The position numbers and the translations under genes are program-made. From Myxococcales bacterium (GTDB taxonomy: Bacteria; Myxococcota; UBA727; JABDBI01), in NCBI GenBank assembly GCA_023248595.1, contig JAHFEG010000005.1, positions 19,134 to 83,133 on the forward strand: a DNA stretch of 64,000 nt, given 5' to 3'. Below are positions 9,067 through 19,600 of this stretch, one piece after another (the first letter of the stretch is position 1; every line of letters starts with the position of its first letter). The notes under the pieces were generated by a model. That model searched no databases and was not told where the DNA came from. It saw nothing but the letters and a program-made list of their open reading frames with translations.

Positions 9067-10215
9067 TTATTTCAGGTGAAAATATTTTGAAATTCCGATC
9101 ACCTTGATCCGATCTGCGAGAGGATACTCTGTGTCGCCTGGAACAATGACTGTTAAATAATCCAATTTAAGTTCATCTATCGCCATTTGCATTGAACGCG
9201 TCATTTGCGTTTTTTCTGCAAACTTGAATTCAAAACCAATTTTTTTTCCGTCTTGAACAATCATCAAATCCAGCTCTCCTTGGTTGTGAACTCCCCAGAA
9301 ATAGCAGTCTTCCGCATCGGCATTATGGAATCGAATAATTTGTTCTAGCGCCATGCCTTCCCACGAAGCTCCTAGCTTGGGATGCAAATGCAATGCATTT
9401 AAATCACGAATTCCGAGCAATGTGTGCAATAAGCCGCTGTCTCGGAAAAAAATTTTAGGCAATTTTACTTGCCTCTTGCGGATATTTTCAAACCAAGGTT
9501 GTAGTTGACGAACCATGAAGGTTCCCACGAGGATATCTAAATAGCGACGAACAGTTGTGTGGGTAATACCAAGCGATTTACCAATCTCAGAGGAATTTAG
9601 GACGTTGGCGTGACAGTGTGCCAACATTGCCCAAAATCGACGAAGAGACTCGGGGGGGATTTGGATGCCTAGCATAGGAATATCTCGTTCCAAAAAGGTT
9701 GAAATGTAGGCTTTCCTCCAATCAAAACTAGTTTCTTCTGTTTGCGCCAAATACGAGCGTGGAAATCCTCCGCGTATCCAAAGTTTTTGGATCTCACGGG
9801 TTTCTAAAGCAGAAAAAGGCGCGATTTCTAGATGTGTGATTCTGCCTGCGAGAGTTTCAGAGGATTGTTGTATCAGGTCTCTTGAGGCGCTTCCCAAGAT
9901 TAAAAAGCGAAGCGATAGTGATGGATCGTCGACCAAAACTCTTAAAAGGGGAAACAAATTAGGCATGCGTTGCACTTCGTCGATAACCACTAGACCGGAA
10001 AGCATCGATAAAACAACTTTAGGATTTTGCTCTAGCCGATCTAGGTGAACGGGATCTTCTAAGTCGAAGTAGTTGGCGGATGGAAATTTGGTGAAGCTTC
10101 CAATGTAGTCTCTGGCCAAAGTGGTTTTTCCGCATTGCCTGGGTCCAAGCAAGGCGACTACGGGGTTGGCTAAAAAGGCTTTTTGAATGCGGTTTTGATA
10201 TTCTTTTCTATTCAT
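9067..10215 (-). CDS. AAA+ ATPase with DUF4143-type C-terminus (COG1373-like)
   Basis: Walker A LLGPRQCGKTTLA, Walker B VVIDEV, and a C-terminal region typical of this ATP-binding protein family. Confidence 0.8.
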   Translation of the reverse strand: MNRKEYQNRIQKAFLANPVVALLGPRQCGKTTLARDYIGSFTKFPSANYFDLEDPVHLDRLEQNPKVVLSMLSGLVVIDEVQRMPNLFPLLRVLVDDPSLSLRFLILGSASRDLIQQSSETLAGRITHLEIAPFSALETREIQKLWIRGGFPRSYLAQTEETSFDWRKAYISTFLERDIPMLGIQIPPESLRRFWAMLAHCHANVLNSSEIGKSLGITHTTVRRYLDILVGTFMVRQLQPWFENIRKRQVKLPKIFFRDSGLLHTLLGIRDLNALHLHPKLGASWEGMALEQIIRFHNADAEDCYFWGVHNQGELDLMIVQDGKKIGFEFKFAEKTQMTRSMQMAIDELKLDYLTVIVPGDTEYPLADRIKVIGISKYFHLK

Positions 10216-10325
10216 AACCAGACTCTATCATGAAAATTGAACAAGGTCCGTTCAAATTTCACAAAAAATCGTAGCCGTTTGTTTTTAAAGCAAAAATTTT
10301 AGTGATGAGTAAACAATTTTATAAG

Positions 10326-10345
10326 CATTTGCCAAACTTGAAGCT
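10326..10345. repeat. 20-bp opu upstream sequence (presumed original copy)
   Basis: CATTTGCCAAACTTGAAGCT. See 7540..7559. Confidence 0.6.
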
Positions 10346-10406
10346 TCCCGGCTTGCCTAAAAGTCCAAAATCTAATGCGTTCCCATACTGTAATTATGAG
10401 GATAAA

Positions 10407-12266
10407 ATGAGACGCATTTTTTTCATTGTTTATTTTGCCTTCCTGTCCAATTTTGCATGGTCGGCAAATATCGAAAATGTCACGTGTCAGACTGTTCGTC
10501 TTGCTGAGATCGGACGGATAGGTGTCACTTCCACAACGGCGGTTGCCACAGAATTGCTGATTGCGCTTCAATATGTTCCAAAAATTTCTGTATTATCGAT
10601 GCCAGTTACTTTCGCTTCTTTAAAAAACAATGACCTGGATGTTTTTTTAGGAAATTGGATGCCTGCCCAAGAAACCGACATCAGACCTTATTTGAAAGAA
10701 GGTTCATTGGTGCAATTGCATAAAAATTTAGAACATGGTCGCTATACGTTGGCTGTGCCTGAATATGTTTATCAAAAAGGTGTGCATTCATTCGCCGACT
10801 TGCATCGGTATGCCGCGCAGTTTTCCAAGCAAATTTACGGTATTGAATCAGGAAATGACGGCAACCGTCTTATCTTAAAAATGATCGAAGAAAATGCTTT
10901 TTTACTGCGAGGCTGGAATGTGGCTGAGTCGAGTGAACAAGGCATGCTGCTTTCCGTCAAACAAGCAGTAGCGCGAGGCGATTTTGTCGTTTTCTTAGGA
11001 TGGGCGCCTCATCCCATGAATCTTGCAGTCAAAATGCGATATTTGGAGGGGGGGGATCATTTTTTTGGGCCGCAAATGGGTGATTCGAGTGTTTATACGG
11101 TGTCAAGAAATGGGTTTGCGCAAGATTGCCCAAATCTGGCCTATTTCTTTAGGGATTTAACGTTTAGTGTTGATATTGAGAATGAAATCATGCATCTCGT
11201 TTTAGATGAGCACATGACACCCAAAAAAGCTGCTCAAACTTGGATGGGACAAAATGTAAATCTCGTTTTGACTTGGTTAAAAAACAGCAAAACATTTTAT
11301 GGGCAGTCAGGGACAGACGCATTTAAAAAATATCTTTTGTCCATCAATAATTTTGGCGATGTGCCAATGATTAGCAAAATTCCAATTGGTGGTTGGATGG
11401 AAAGCGGCATCGGCTATTTAACGTACCAATTTTCAAACCAGTTTCGTGAATTCTCTAATTTGCTAGAAAAAGGAATTGAGGCCACTATAAAAATTTTGGT
11501 GGCTATTCCTCCTGCATTATTATTAATGATGTTTTGCGCCTTAGCTTATCTGTTGCATCGCTCAGTGGCTTTAAGTTTTTTGATCTTCTTTGGTTTTCTC
11601 ATCATCATGAACCTCGGGCTTTGGGCTGAAACATTACAAACGCTGGTGTTGGTTTTATTTGCTGCATTTTTTTCAATGCTAGTTGGAGTCCCCATCGGAA
11701 TGCTGGCCGCCCGTAAGCCATGGTTTTATCGCGTCTTGCATCCTGTTTTGGATGTGATGCAAACCATTCCGATCTTTGTGTACTTAATCCCAGCGCTGAT
11801 GTTCTTTGGCCTTGGGCTTGTCCCAGGACTTATTTCCACGATTGTTTTTGCTGTTGCTGCACCTGTTCGCTTAACTTATGCGGGTCTTAAAGGTGTTCCC
11901 CTTGATTTGATCGAAGCTTGTGAGGCTTTTGGTGCTACTCGTTTTCAGACGTTGCTGAAGGTCGAAATCCCGCATGCGCTCCCCTCGATTATGGCCGGCT
12001 TTACTCAGTGTATTATGTTGTCGCTATCGATGGTGGTTATCTCTGCCCTGGTTGGTGCTGAAGGTTTAGGGACGCCAGTGCTCAGAGCACTGAACACCGT
12101 CAATATTGGCCAAGGTTTTGAATCGGGGTTAGCCATTGTCATCTTGGCCATTGTGCTCGATCGAACTTTTAATTTATCGAAAAAAAATTTGGAAACACTT
12201 CAAAATAAAGGCATTTTGAAGCATGAACAAGGTGCGCACAATAATAGGATGTCAAATGCTATGTAA
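10407..12266 (+). CDS. glycine betaine/choline-type ABC transporter, fused substrate-binding and permease protein
   Basis: Signal peptide MRRIFFIVYFAFLSNFAWS preceded by GAGGA. N-terminal OpuAC/ProX-like domain. C-terminal permease carries the EAA motif EACEAFGATRFQTLLKVEIPHALPSIMAG. The longer ORF from 10302 is rejected. Confidence 0.8.
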   Translation: MRRIFFIVYFAFLSNFAWSANIENVTCQTVRLAEIGRIGVTSTTAVATELLIALQYVPKISVLSMPVTFASLKNNDLDVFLGNWMPAQETDIRPYLKEGSLVQLHKNLEHGRYTLAVPEYVYQKGVHSFADLHRYAAQFSKQIYGIESGNDGNRLILKMIEENAFLLRGWNVAESSEQGMLLSVKQAVARGDFVVFLGWAPHPMNLAVKMRYLEGGDHFFGPQMGDSSVYTVSRNGFAQDCPNLAYFFRDLTFSVDIENEIMHLVLDEHMTPKKAAQTWMGQNVNLVLTWLKNSKTFYGQSGTDAFKKYLLSINNFGDVPMISKIPIGGWMESGIGYLTYQFSNQFREFSNLLEKGIEATIKILVAIPPALLLMMFCALAYLLHRSVALSFLIFFGFLIIMNLGLWAETLQTLVLVLFAAFFSMLVGVPIGMLAARKPWFYRVLHPVLDVMQTIPIFVYLIPALMFFGLGLVPGLISTIVFAVAAPVRLTYAGLKGVPLDLIEACEAFGATRFQTLLKVEIPHALPSIMAGFTQCIMLSLSMVVISALVGAEGLGTPVLRALNTVNIGQGFESGLAIVILAIVLDRTFNLSKKNLETLQNKGILKHEQGAHNNRMSNAM

Positions 12267-13173
12267 ACAGATTTGTTTTTTAGCTCTGGTTTTTGTTTGT
12301 TTTAGTTTGTCGCTTGATGCCTCGAAAATTGAGCATGTGATCATCGTGAGCGTGGATGGATTAAGGCCAGACGCAATCTCTGCCCAAAATTCACCAGTGA
12401 TAGAAACGCTTAAAAAAAATGGCGTTTGGGCAAACCACGCACAAACGATCATGCCTTCCGTCACGTTGCCTTCTCATACTTCTATGTTGACGGGAAGAAG
12501 TGTCGAAGTCCACAAGGTGACGTGGAATGATTACGATGAGTCGAAGAAAGATGCCGTAAAAGTCCCAACTTGTTTAGAAGTAGCAAGTCGTCAAGGGCTT
12601 TCGACGGCGATGTTTGTGGGAAAAGAAAAATTTAAACATTTACAATCATCCAATGGAGCTGTCTATTTTGCTTGGCCAGCAAGTGATGCGCCCGGAATTA
12701 CGAAAGCAGTGCTGGCATATGAAAGTCAAAATGGTTTGCCGCGGTTAACATTTATTCATTATCCCGATACGGATGTTGCAGGTCATCGCTATGGTTGGAT
12801 GTCGTCGGCCTATTTAGCAGCTTTGAAGAAGATTGATAATTCATTGGCCGAGCTTGTGGCTCTGGTTCAGAACAAAGCATACCAAGAAAATACTGTCATT
12901 ATCTTGACCGCCGATCATGGCGGAAAAGGTAAAACCCATGGCAGGGATATTCCCGACGACATGCAGATCCCTTGGTTGGCAAGTGGTGGCTCTATTCAAG
13001 CTGGGCAAATATATGAAAAGCCCATCGTCACATACGATACCGCTGCGACAGCACTTTTTCTTCTAGATGTCGCGGTTCCTTCAGAGTGGAATGGGAAAGC
13101 TTTACGATTGCCGATGAAGAACAAAACTGAAAATAGAAAGATGCTTCACGGTAAAGCTACTAAACAGAGTTGA
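12256..13173 (+). CDS. secreted nucleotide pyrophosphatase/phosphodiesterase (alkaline phosphatase superfamily)
   Basis: Motifs VSVDGLRPD, PSVTLPSHTSMLTG, DTDVAGHRYG and LTADHGG. Signal peptide starts at MLCKQICFLALVF. Overlaps the opu stop by 11 nt. Confidence 0.8.
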   Translation: MLCKQICFLALVFVCFSLSLDASKIEHVIIVSVDGLRPDAISAQNSPVIETLKKNGVWANHAQTIMPSVTLPSHTSMLTGRSVEVHKVTWNDYDESKKDAVKVPTCLEVASRQGLSTAMFVGKEKFKHLQSSNGAVYFAWPASDAPGITKAVLAYESQNGLPRLTFIHYPDTDVAGHRYGWMSSAYLAALKKIDNSLAELVALVQNKAYQENTVIILTADHGGKGKTHGRDIPDDMQIPWLASGGSIQAGQIYEKPIVTYDTAATALFLLDVAVPSEWNGKALRLPMKNKTENRKMLHGKATKQS

Positions 13174-13230
13174 CATCAAGCCCTCTTTGGATAGTCTAGC
13201 GGCATCAAGTGAAATCAAATGAGGTGCTAG

Positions 13231-14259
13231 GTGGTAAAACGGATTGCAATCAATGGTTTTGGTCGTATTGGCAGAGTGGCCTTTCGAATTATTCATGAGC
13301 GCAATCAAAGAGGCCAAAAAAATATTGTCGTGGGCGCAATTAACGATTTGTCCGATCCCAGCAGCCTTGCTTATTTGCTCAAGTATGATTCTGTCCATGG
13401 TCGCTTTCATGGCGAAGTAGAGTTCGATGGTAAAGTGCTATTGGTTGATGGTCAGCCTATCCATCTAAGCGCTGAACGAGATCCTTCTAAATTACCGTGG
13501 AAAACCACTGATAGCGATATCGTATTAGAATCAACGGGTCATTTTACACGTAAAGACATGGCGGCGAGACATCTACTTGCCGGAGCCCAAAAAGTTTTAA
13601 TTAGTGCGCCAAGTAGCACTGAATCCCCAGCGGATGCCACAATTTGTTACGGTGTGAATCACAAGGTTTATACGCCTAACATGCAAGTGATTTCCACTGC
13701 TTCATGCACCACCAACTGCATCGCACCGATTGCCAAAATATTGCATGAACAATTTGTTATTCAAAAAGCATCAGTCACCACGATTCACAGTTATACGAAC
13801 GATCAACAACTGCTAGATTTGCCCCACTCAGATAAGCGCCGTTCGCGGGCAGCCGCTTTGTCGATGATCCCGACCACGACGGGTGCAGCAAAAGCTGTGG
13901 CTTTGGTTTTGCCGGAACTGGCAGGTAAATTTGACGGCATGGCCGTTCGGGTGCCGACGCCCAATGTGAGCTGTATCGACATGGTGGCGCTGCTTGGTAA
14001 AAACGCGACGGCTGGGGAAATTAATGCTAGGTTTCATGAAGCTTCTAAGGGTGTATTTGCAGGAGTGCTCGGATTTACCGAAGATCCTGTTGTTTCTATC
14101 GATATGAATGGCACCAATGAATCATCTATCGTTGATGCGTCTTGCACCAAAGTATTGGGTGGCGACTTTGTTAAAGTTCTGGCCTGGTATGATAACGAGT
14201 GGGGCTTTGCCAACCGCGCCGTTGATTTGTTAGAAATGATGGCGTTAAGCTGCTCGTAA
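13231..14259 (+). CDS. gap: glyceraldehyde-3-phosphate dehydrogenase
   Basis: INGFGRIGR, active site [19 protein letters not shown] start. Confidence 0.95.
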   Translation: MVKRIAINGFGRIGRVAFRIIHERNQRGQKNIVVGAINDLSDPSSLAYLLKYDSVHGRFHGEVEFDGKVLLVDGQPIHLSAERDPSKLPWKTTDSDIVLESTGHFTRKDMAARHLLAGAQKVLISAPSSTESPADATICYGVNHKVYTPNMQVISTASCTTNCIAPIAKILHEQFVIQKASVTTIHSYTNDQQLLDLPHSDKRRSRAAALSMIPTTTGAAKAVALVLPELAGKFDGMAVRVPTPNVSCIDMVALLGKNATAGEINARFHEASKGVFAGVLGFTEDPVVSIDMNGTNESSIVDASCTKVLGGDFVKVLAWYDNEWGFANRAVDLLEMMALSCS

Positions 14260-14287
14260 TTTTTTAAAAAGAAATTTAGGAAATAAT

Positions 14288-15478
14288 ATGATTCGCTGGA
14301 TCGATGATCCGAGTTTAGAATTGAAATCGAAACGTGTTTTTTGTCGGGTTGATTTTAATGTCCCATTGACTGAAGATGGTGAAATCGTTGACGATTCTCG
14401 TATAAAAGCAGCGTTGCCGACGATTCAATATTTGCTGGAAAAAGAAGCACGAATCATTTTAGCAAGCCACCTGGGAAGACCAAAAGGTAAACCGCGTCGA
14501 CCGCTATCGTTGGAACCGATTGCTATACGGCTAAATCAATTGTTGTCGCGTGAGATTATTTTCATTGAGGATTGTGTCGGAGACGGCGTCAGACAACTTG
14601 TCATGGATCTGCCCGACGGTGGAATTTTGTTACTAGAAAACCTCCGATTTCATTCTGGAGAAGAGAAAAACGACGAAAGTTTTTCTAAGATGCTAGCCCA
14701 AAATATTGAAATTTATGTCGATGACGCTTTTGGTGTTATGCATCGTGCACATGCATCCACAGAAGGCATGACCCATTTTGTTGATACACGCTTGGGTGGA
14801 TTTTTAGTGCGCAAGGAAATCGAAGCGCTCTATACCATTTGCAGAACGCCAAAAAAGCCCTTCGTTGCTATTTTAGGTGGCGCAAAAGTAAGCGATAAAA
14901 TTGGCGTTATCAGTCATTTACTATCACGGGTTGATAAAATTGTGATTGGTGGTGCGATGGCGCATACGTTTTTAAAAGCCCAGGGAAAATCAATCGGAGC
15001 CAGTCGCTGCGAAGAAGACAGATTGTTGATCGCGCAAAGCATCTTGAATAAAGCAAAGCAATTAGGCGTGGAAATTATTTTACCTGTTGATCATATCGCC
15101 ATGAAAACTCTTGACGAGCAGGCTAAGACTTTTATCGTTGACGGTGATTTGACTGAAGACGAGATTGGCGTCGATATCGGTCCAAAATCTCAAAAACGAT
15201 TTGCAGAGGCAATCTCTAGAAATAAAACCATATTTTGGAATGGCCCCATGGGTATTTTTGAATGGTCGTCTTGTTCAGCAGGAACGGCTGCTGTTGTTGA
15301 TGCCATTTGCAATGCTGAAGCGTTTACTGTGGCAGGTGGTGGAGATTCCGTCGCGGCATTAAAGGCTTTGAATAAAACAGAAAAGATATCGCATGTTTCA
15401 ACAGGTGGCGGTGCAAGCTTGGAATTGATTGAAGGAACTTCTTTGCCTGGACTTGTGGCCATTGGCCATCCTTTTTAA
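14288..15478 (+). CDS. pgk: phosphoglycerate kinase
   Basis: RVDFNVP and GGGDS motifs. 396 aa, lying between gap and tpiA. Confidence 0.95.
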   Translation: MIRWIDDPSLELKSKRVFCRVDFNVPLTEDGEIVDDSRIKAALPTIQYLLEKEARIILASHLGRPKGKPRRPLSLEPIAIRLNQLLSREIIFIEDCVGDGVRQLVMDLPDGGILLLENLRFHSGEEKNDESFSKMLAQNIEIYVDDAFGVMHRAHASTEGMTHFVDTRLGGFLVRKEIEALYTICRTPKKPFVAILGGAKVSDKIGVISHLLSRVDKIVIGGAMAHTFLKAQGKSIGASRCEEDRLLIAQSILNKAKQLGVEIILPVDHIAMKTLDEQAKTFIVDGDLTEDEIGVDIGPKSQKRFAEAISRNKTIFWNGPMGIFEWSSCSAGTAAVVDAICNAEAFTVAGGGDSVAALKALNKTEKISHVSTGGGASLELIEGTSLPGLVAIGHPF

Positions 15479-15487
15479 GGGGAGCTT

Positions 15488-16258
15488 ATGAAAAGAAAAC
15501 CTTTTGTGTGTGGCAATTGGAAGTTAAATCACAACTTGGCTGCGACCAACGAGTTGATTGATCAAATTATTGTTGGGTTGCCAGCAAACGATAATGTTGA
15601 TGTTGCGATTGCTCCAGTCGCAACCGTGCTTTTTTCTGCAGGTGCCAAAGCCAAAGGATCCAAACTTCAAATCGCGGCACAAAATGTTTTCTATGAAAGC
15701 CAAGGCGCATTTACCGGTGAATGGTCTGTGCAACATTTGCTCGAGTTGGGTTGTCGCTACAGTATTGTCGGTCATTCTGAAAGAAGACAATATTTTCATG
15801 AAACCAATGAAAGCGTCGCTCATAAAACCAAAGCGTGTTTTGCCGGTGGCTTAATTCCCATTGTGTGTGTTGGAGAATCCCTCGCTCAAAGAGAACAAGG
15901 TCAAACCCAAAATATTTTGCTAGAGCAGCTAACACCTGTTCTCGATGTTCTTGTTCCAGAAAACATCCCGCAATTAATTTTAGCTTATGAACCGATTTGG
16001 GCCATTGGAACTGGGAAAAGTGCTTTAGCTACCGAGGCTGAAGAAGTGCATTCATATTTGCGTGGTTTATTGGTAGCTCAATTTGGGAGTTCGCTAGCTG
16101 AGCAGGCTCGCATTATTTATGGCGGTTCCGTGAAAGCAGAAAATACCACCGAGTTGATGAACCAAAAAAATGTGGACGGACTTTTAGTGGGCGGTGCATC
16201 GCTCACCGCCGGTTCTTTTTTGGCGATTGTGAAAGAATGTTTGAAAAGACTTACGTAA
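15488..16258 (+). CDS. tpiA: triosephosphate isomerase
   Basis: GNWKLN, VGHSERR and AYEPIWAIGTG motifs. Confidence 0.95.
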   Translation: MKRKPFVCGNWKLNHNLAATNELIDQIIVGLPANDNVDVAIAPVATVLFSAGAKAKGSKLQIAAQNVFYESQGAFTGEWSVQHLLELGCRYSIVGHSERRQYFHETNESVAHKTKACFAGGLIPIVCVGESLAQREQGQTQNILLEQLTPVLDVLVPENIPQLILAYEPIWAIGTGKSALATEAEEVHSYLRGLLVAQFGSSLAEQARIIYGGSVKAENTTELMNQKNVDGLLVGGASLTAGSFLAIVKECLKRLT

Positions 16259-16330
16259 CTTAGGGGTTGTGATCTGCGCAACTTGCTAGTATAGATTGGG
16301 CCTTGATTTTTGCGAAGGAGCTGCACTTAA

Positions 16331-16687
16331 ATGCTGACATTTTTTGTGGTTTTACAAGTCATAGTCGCTATTTTTATGATTTTAGTCGTGTTGTTGCAAC
16401 CCGGTAATCGTGGTGGTGCCAGTGCTGCCCTAGGTGGCGCCGGTGGTGACACAGTTTTTGGTGGCAGAGGCGCCAATACACTTTTGGCTAAGATTACCTT
16501 TGGTGCTGCTGTTGTTTTCATGGTGAGCAATTTTACGCTCTCTTTTCTGTCAATGCCGCCCAAATCTGTTTTGGATACTGCTGCTGCTTTAAAGCAACCT
16601 AAGCCCGCACTGCCTGCTGCTCCGACTGTTCCTAATTCTCCTGAAACAAATAAAGGAACTGCAAAAGAAAGTGGGAAGGCACCTTAA
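16331..16687 (+). CDS. secG: preprotein translocase subunit SecG (with a Pro/Ala-rich C-terminal extension)
   Basis: VIVAIFMILVVLLQPG..GG and GG...FG motifs with two TM segments. Lies downstream of tpiA. Confidence 0.85.
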   Translation: MLTFFVVLQVIVAIFMILVVLLQPGNRGGASAALGGAGGDTVFGGRGANTLLAKITFGAAVVFMVSNFTLSFLSMPPKSVLDTAAALKQPKPALPAAPTVPNSPETNKGTAKESGKAP

Positions 16688-19600
16688 ACAGTATAGGCTT
16701 GGCATAAAAGTCTGCAAAATTGCGGGCCTTTCTTTTGTTGGTTGCGTTTTATGTTTACTTGTTCTCCTGCTTCTAGCAGGGACTCAAATTGTCACGGGCA
16801 CCCTGAATCATTTTTCTGACCGATTAAAAAAAGAGTTCGGTTTACTGCTTACTTTTAAAGAAGTGCACGTTAAAAACCTTCTAAATGTCTCGGTTGATTC
16901 TCTTTTTGTTTCTAGTGTTGATCAAAAAATTGTCGTTCACGTCAAGACAGTAAACGCAAAATTATCGCTTCTCGATTTTTTTTACAAAAAAATTCCAATT
17001 CGCAGTTTAGAATTAGACGAACCTTCTTTGTTTGTACAAATGAGCGATAAGTCTCTTTTCGCTTTTCCTAAAAAATTAGCTAGGCTTCCTGATATTCGCG
17101 TGAAAGACGGAAGAGTGCATCTCTATAATGGCGATAAAGAACTTTCCCTATCTGGAATAACAGCTCGCTGTGATTCTTCTTATAAAAAGCATCAAATTCA
17201 GTTAAGCATTTCTGATACATTTATTGGTCAGGGCAGCGATTATTATGGGCTAAACGAATTCAGAGCAGATATCTCTTTGTATGGTAAAAATTTATTACTG
17301 CCAGACTCAATTAAGGTCGAAACATTATTAGTGAAAGCTCCTGAATTCCACGCAGAGATGACAGGTCAAGTTCATCGTCGCCATCCTCAAATTGGATGGC
17401 AGTTCGAAGGCAAAGTCCGCGTCCTAGATGTCAACATCAATGAGATCCGTGTTCCCGCTTTAACTGGCGAACTGATTGCTAATCAACATTATTTAGAAAT
17501 GCAGCATGTCGAAGTGGATATGGCTGCGACTAAGGTGAATGCTGCTCTTCGAGTAGAATGGGAAAATGAAATTCCCTTTGCACTTCAAATCGAGGCACAT
17601 GGTATCTCATTGTACGACCTGTTAGCGGAGCTAGATATTCAAAAAGCTTGGACAGAGCTTGGCATTGATTTAGATGCGCAAGCAACAGGTCATTTTTTAC
17701 CGCAGTTTCATTTGCACGGTAAAGCAAAAGGTAGTGCCTATGATTTGGTTGTAACCAATGGGCCGGCGAGAGGTTCTAAGCGTCCTGAAACTATTTTACA
17801 GACATCTCACCCTATTGAATTTGCCACGCAAATTGAAGTGGATAAAAATGCATTTCGTTTTTACGATATGCTTTTTAATGATGGTTTAAGTAAGGGTTCG
17901 CTCAATTGTTTTTTATTTTTTGATGCGCATAAAGGTTTGTCTTTGCAAGGTAAGATGGGGCAGGTTGATTTCGCCTCCGTCAGTTATAATATTGCTGATA
18001 ATCATTATGAAGGCATTGGTCGAACAGATTTAAATGTCAGTGGTCCCTATGAGAACTTAAAGATTACTGGACATATTGATGTCGAAGGTCTTTTATTTGA
18101 AAATTTTGATCTCGGTCGTTTAGCAGGTGAGGCAAAATATCAAAACAACTATTTGTCATTTACCATCGATGAAGCGAAAATAAAAAACTCGCAATATCGT
18201 GGAACATTGGGTTTTGCTTTTGATTCTATTATGCGCATGGACCTCTTTGTTGATTTGAATCAAATTTATATGCAAGATTTACGTCATATTATTCCAAATC
18301 AGCAGTCAAATCTTTTGTATCCAGTACGTGATATGCCCTGGAAGGGAGCGGTTGTTGGACATGTTCAGCTGACGGGGCCTATTGAAAAAGCATACCGACA
18401 TCGGCTTTTGGGATCTGGCGAAATTGATATCATTCCTAATCATGAGTGGTTTGGCGGTACGCTAAACGAGGGGAAATTAAAATTTCATTTAGATGATGAG
18501 TCTATCTACGTTGATCATTTGGAACTAGCTTCCGATATGGCTATTTTAAATGGCGGTGGAAAGCTGCAAAAACGCCGGGGAGAATTGCAGGCCAACATAA
18601 GCGTAATCCAATTGGATTTGGATTGGCTGCCTCTTTCGTATTTTGAAGATATAGGCCTCAAAGGAAAAGTCAATTTAACGGCCGAAGTTGGGGGCAAGAT
18701 TCATAATATTTTGCTCAATGCGAATCTGCACGCCTCCAATATCGAAACAGAGCAAGTCCATATCGGAGATGCTGATTTATCTTTATCGCTGCGTCAGAAT
18801 CAATTATTTTTGCAGGGCCCTATTTTTTCGACAAAAGGCTATGCTTATTTGCAATTAGATTTGAAGAAAAATTTTCCTTTTTCGGGCAATATTCGCTTTC
18901 AATATACGTCGCTTGATGAAATTTTAACCAAAGCGCAATGGCCAGACAAGCTGCGCGGATTTGCTGGCGCAGAAATTGCCTTCGCGGGTAAAGCGAATGC
19001 GCTTGCGCAGACCACGGGCAGTATTAATCTTTATCCAGTTGCGATTACCTATGGCAATTTTAAATTAATATCATCAGGCGCAGTTTTGGCCCAATTCAAA
19101 GGGCCCAATTTTGAGATTGAACGCTGGGTGATGCAGACTTCCCATGGAGACTCTTTTCGAATTAAAGGTCACCTATCTTTGGATAAACTCGATCTGCGTA
19201 TCCATGCACAGGGTGATTTGTGGATGGTGCCATTTTTAGATGAGCGAATCGAGATGGCCTATGGTGATTTTTTTATCGATGCGGGTTTATCTGGAAATAT
19301 CTATAATCCCCTTTTTACAGGTCAGTGGCACGTTGAAAATGCCTCTATCTCTGCGAGAGATTATGCTTACGTTATTGAAAATATTGGGCTCAGTGGAAAA
19401 TTTGATAAGCATAAACTTTATGTGGATAGTCTTCGCGGGTTCATTAAAGATGGTTCTTTTGAGGGCGAGGGAACTGTTATATTAAAGCAGTATTGGCCTT
19501 ATGAATACAACATGAATCTTAAATTTGTAGAAATCCCTGTTTTGTCTCCTTGGATAACCGGAAGTACGAGTGGAAAATTGCAGTTAAAAGGTCTTGCCGA

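Noticed and set aside
10302-10406. N-terminal extension of the opu ORF (MMSKQFYKHLPNLKLPGLPKS...).
   Set aside because: This stretch is duplicated as non-coding sequence at 7540-7559 and 8903-8954. The ATG at 10407 has a GAGGA Shine-Dalgarno sequence and starts a proper signal peptide.
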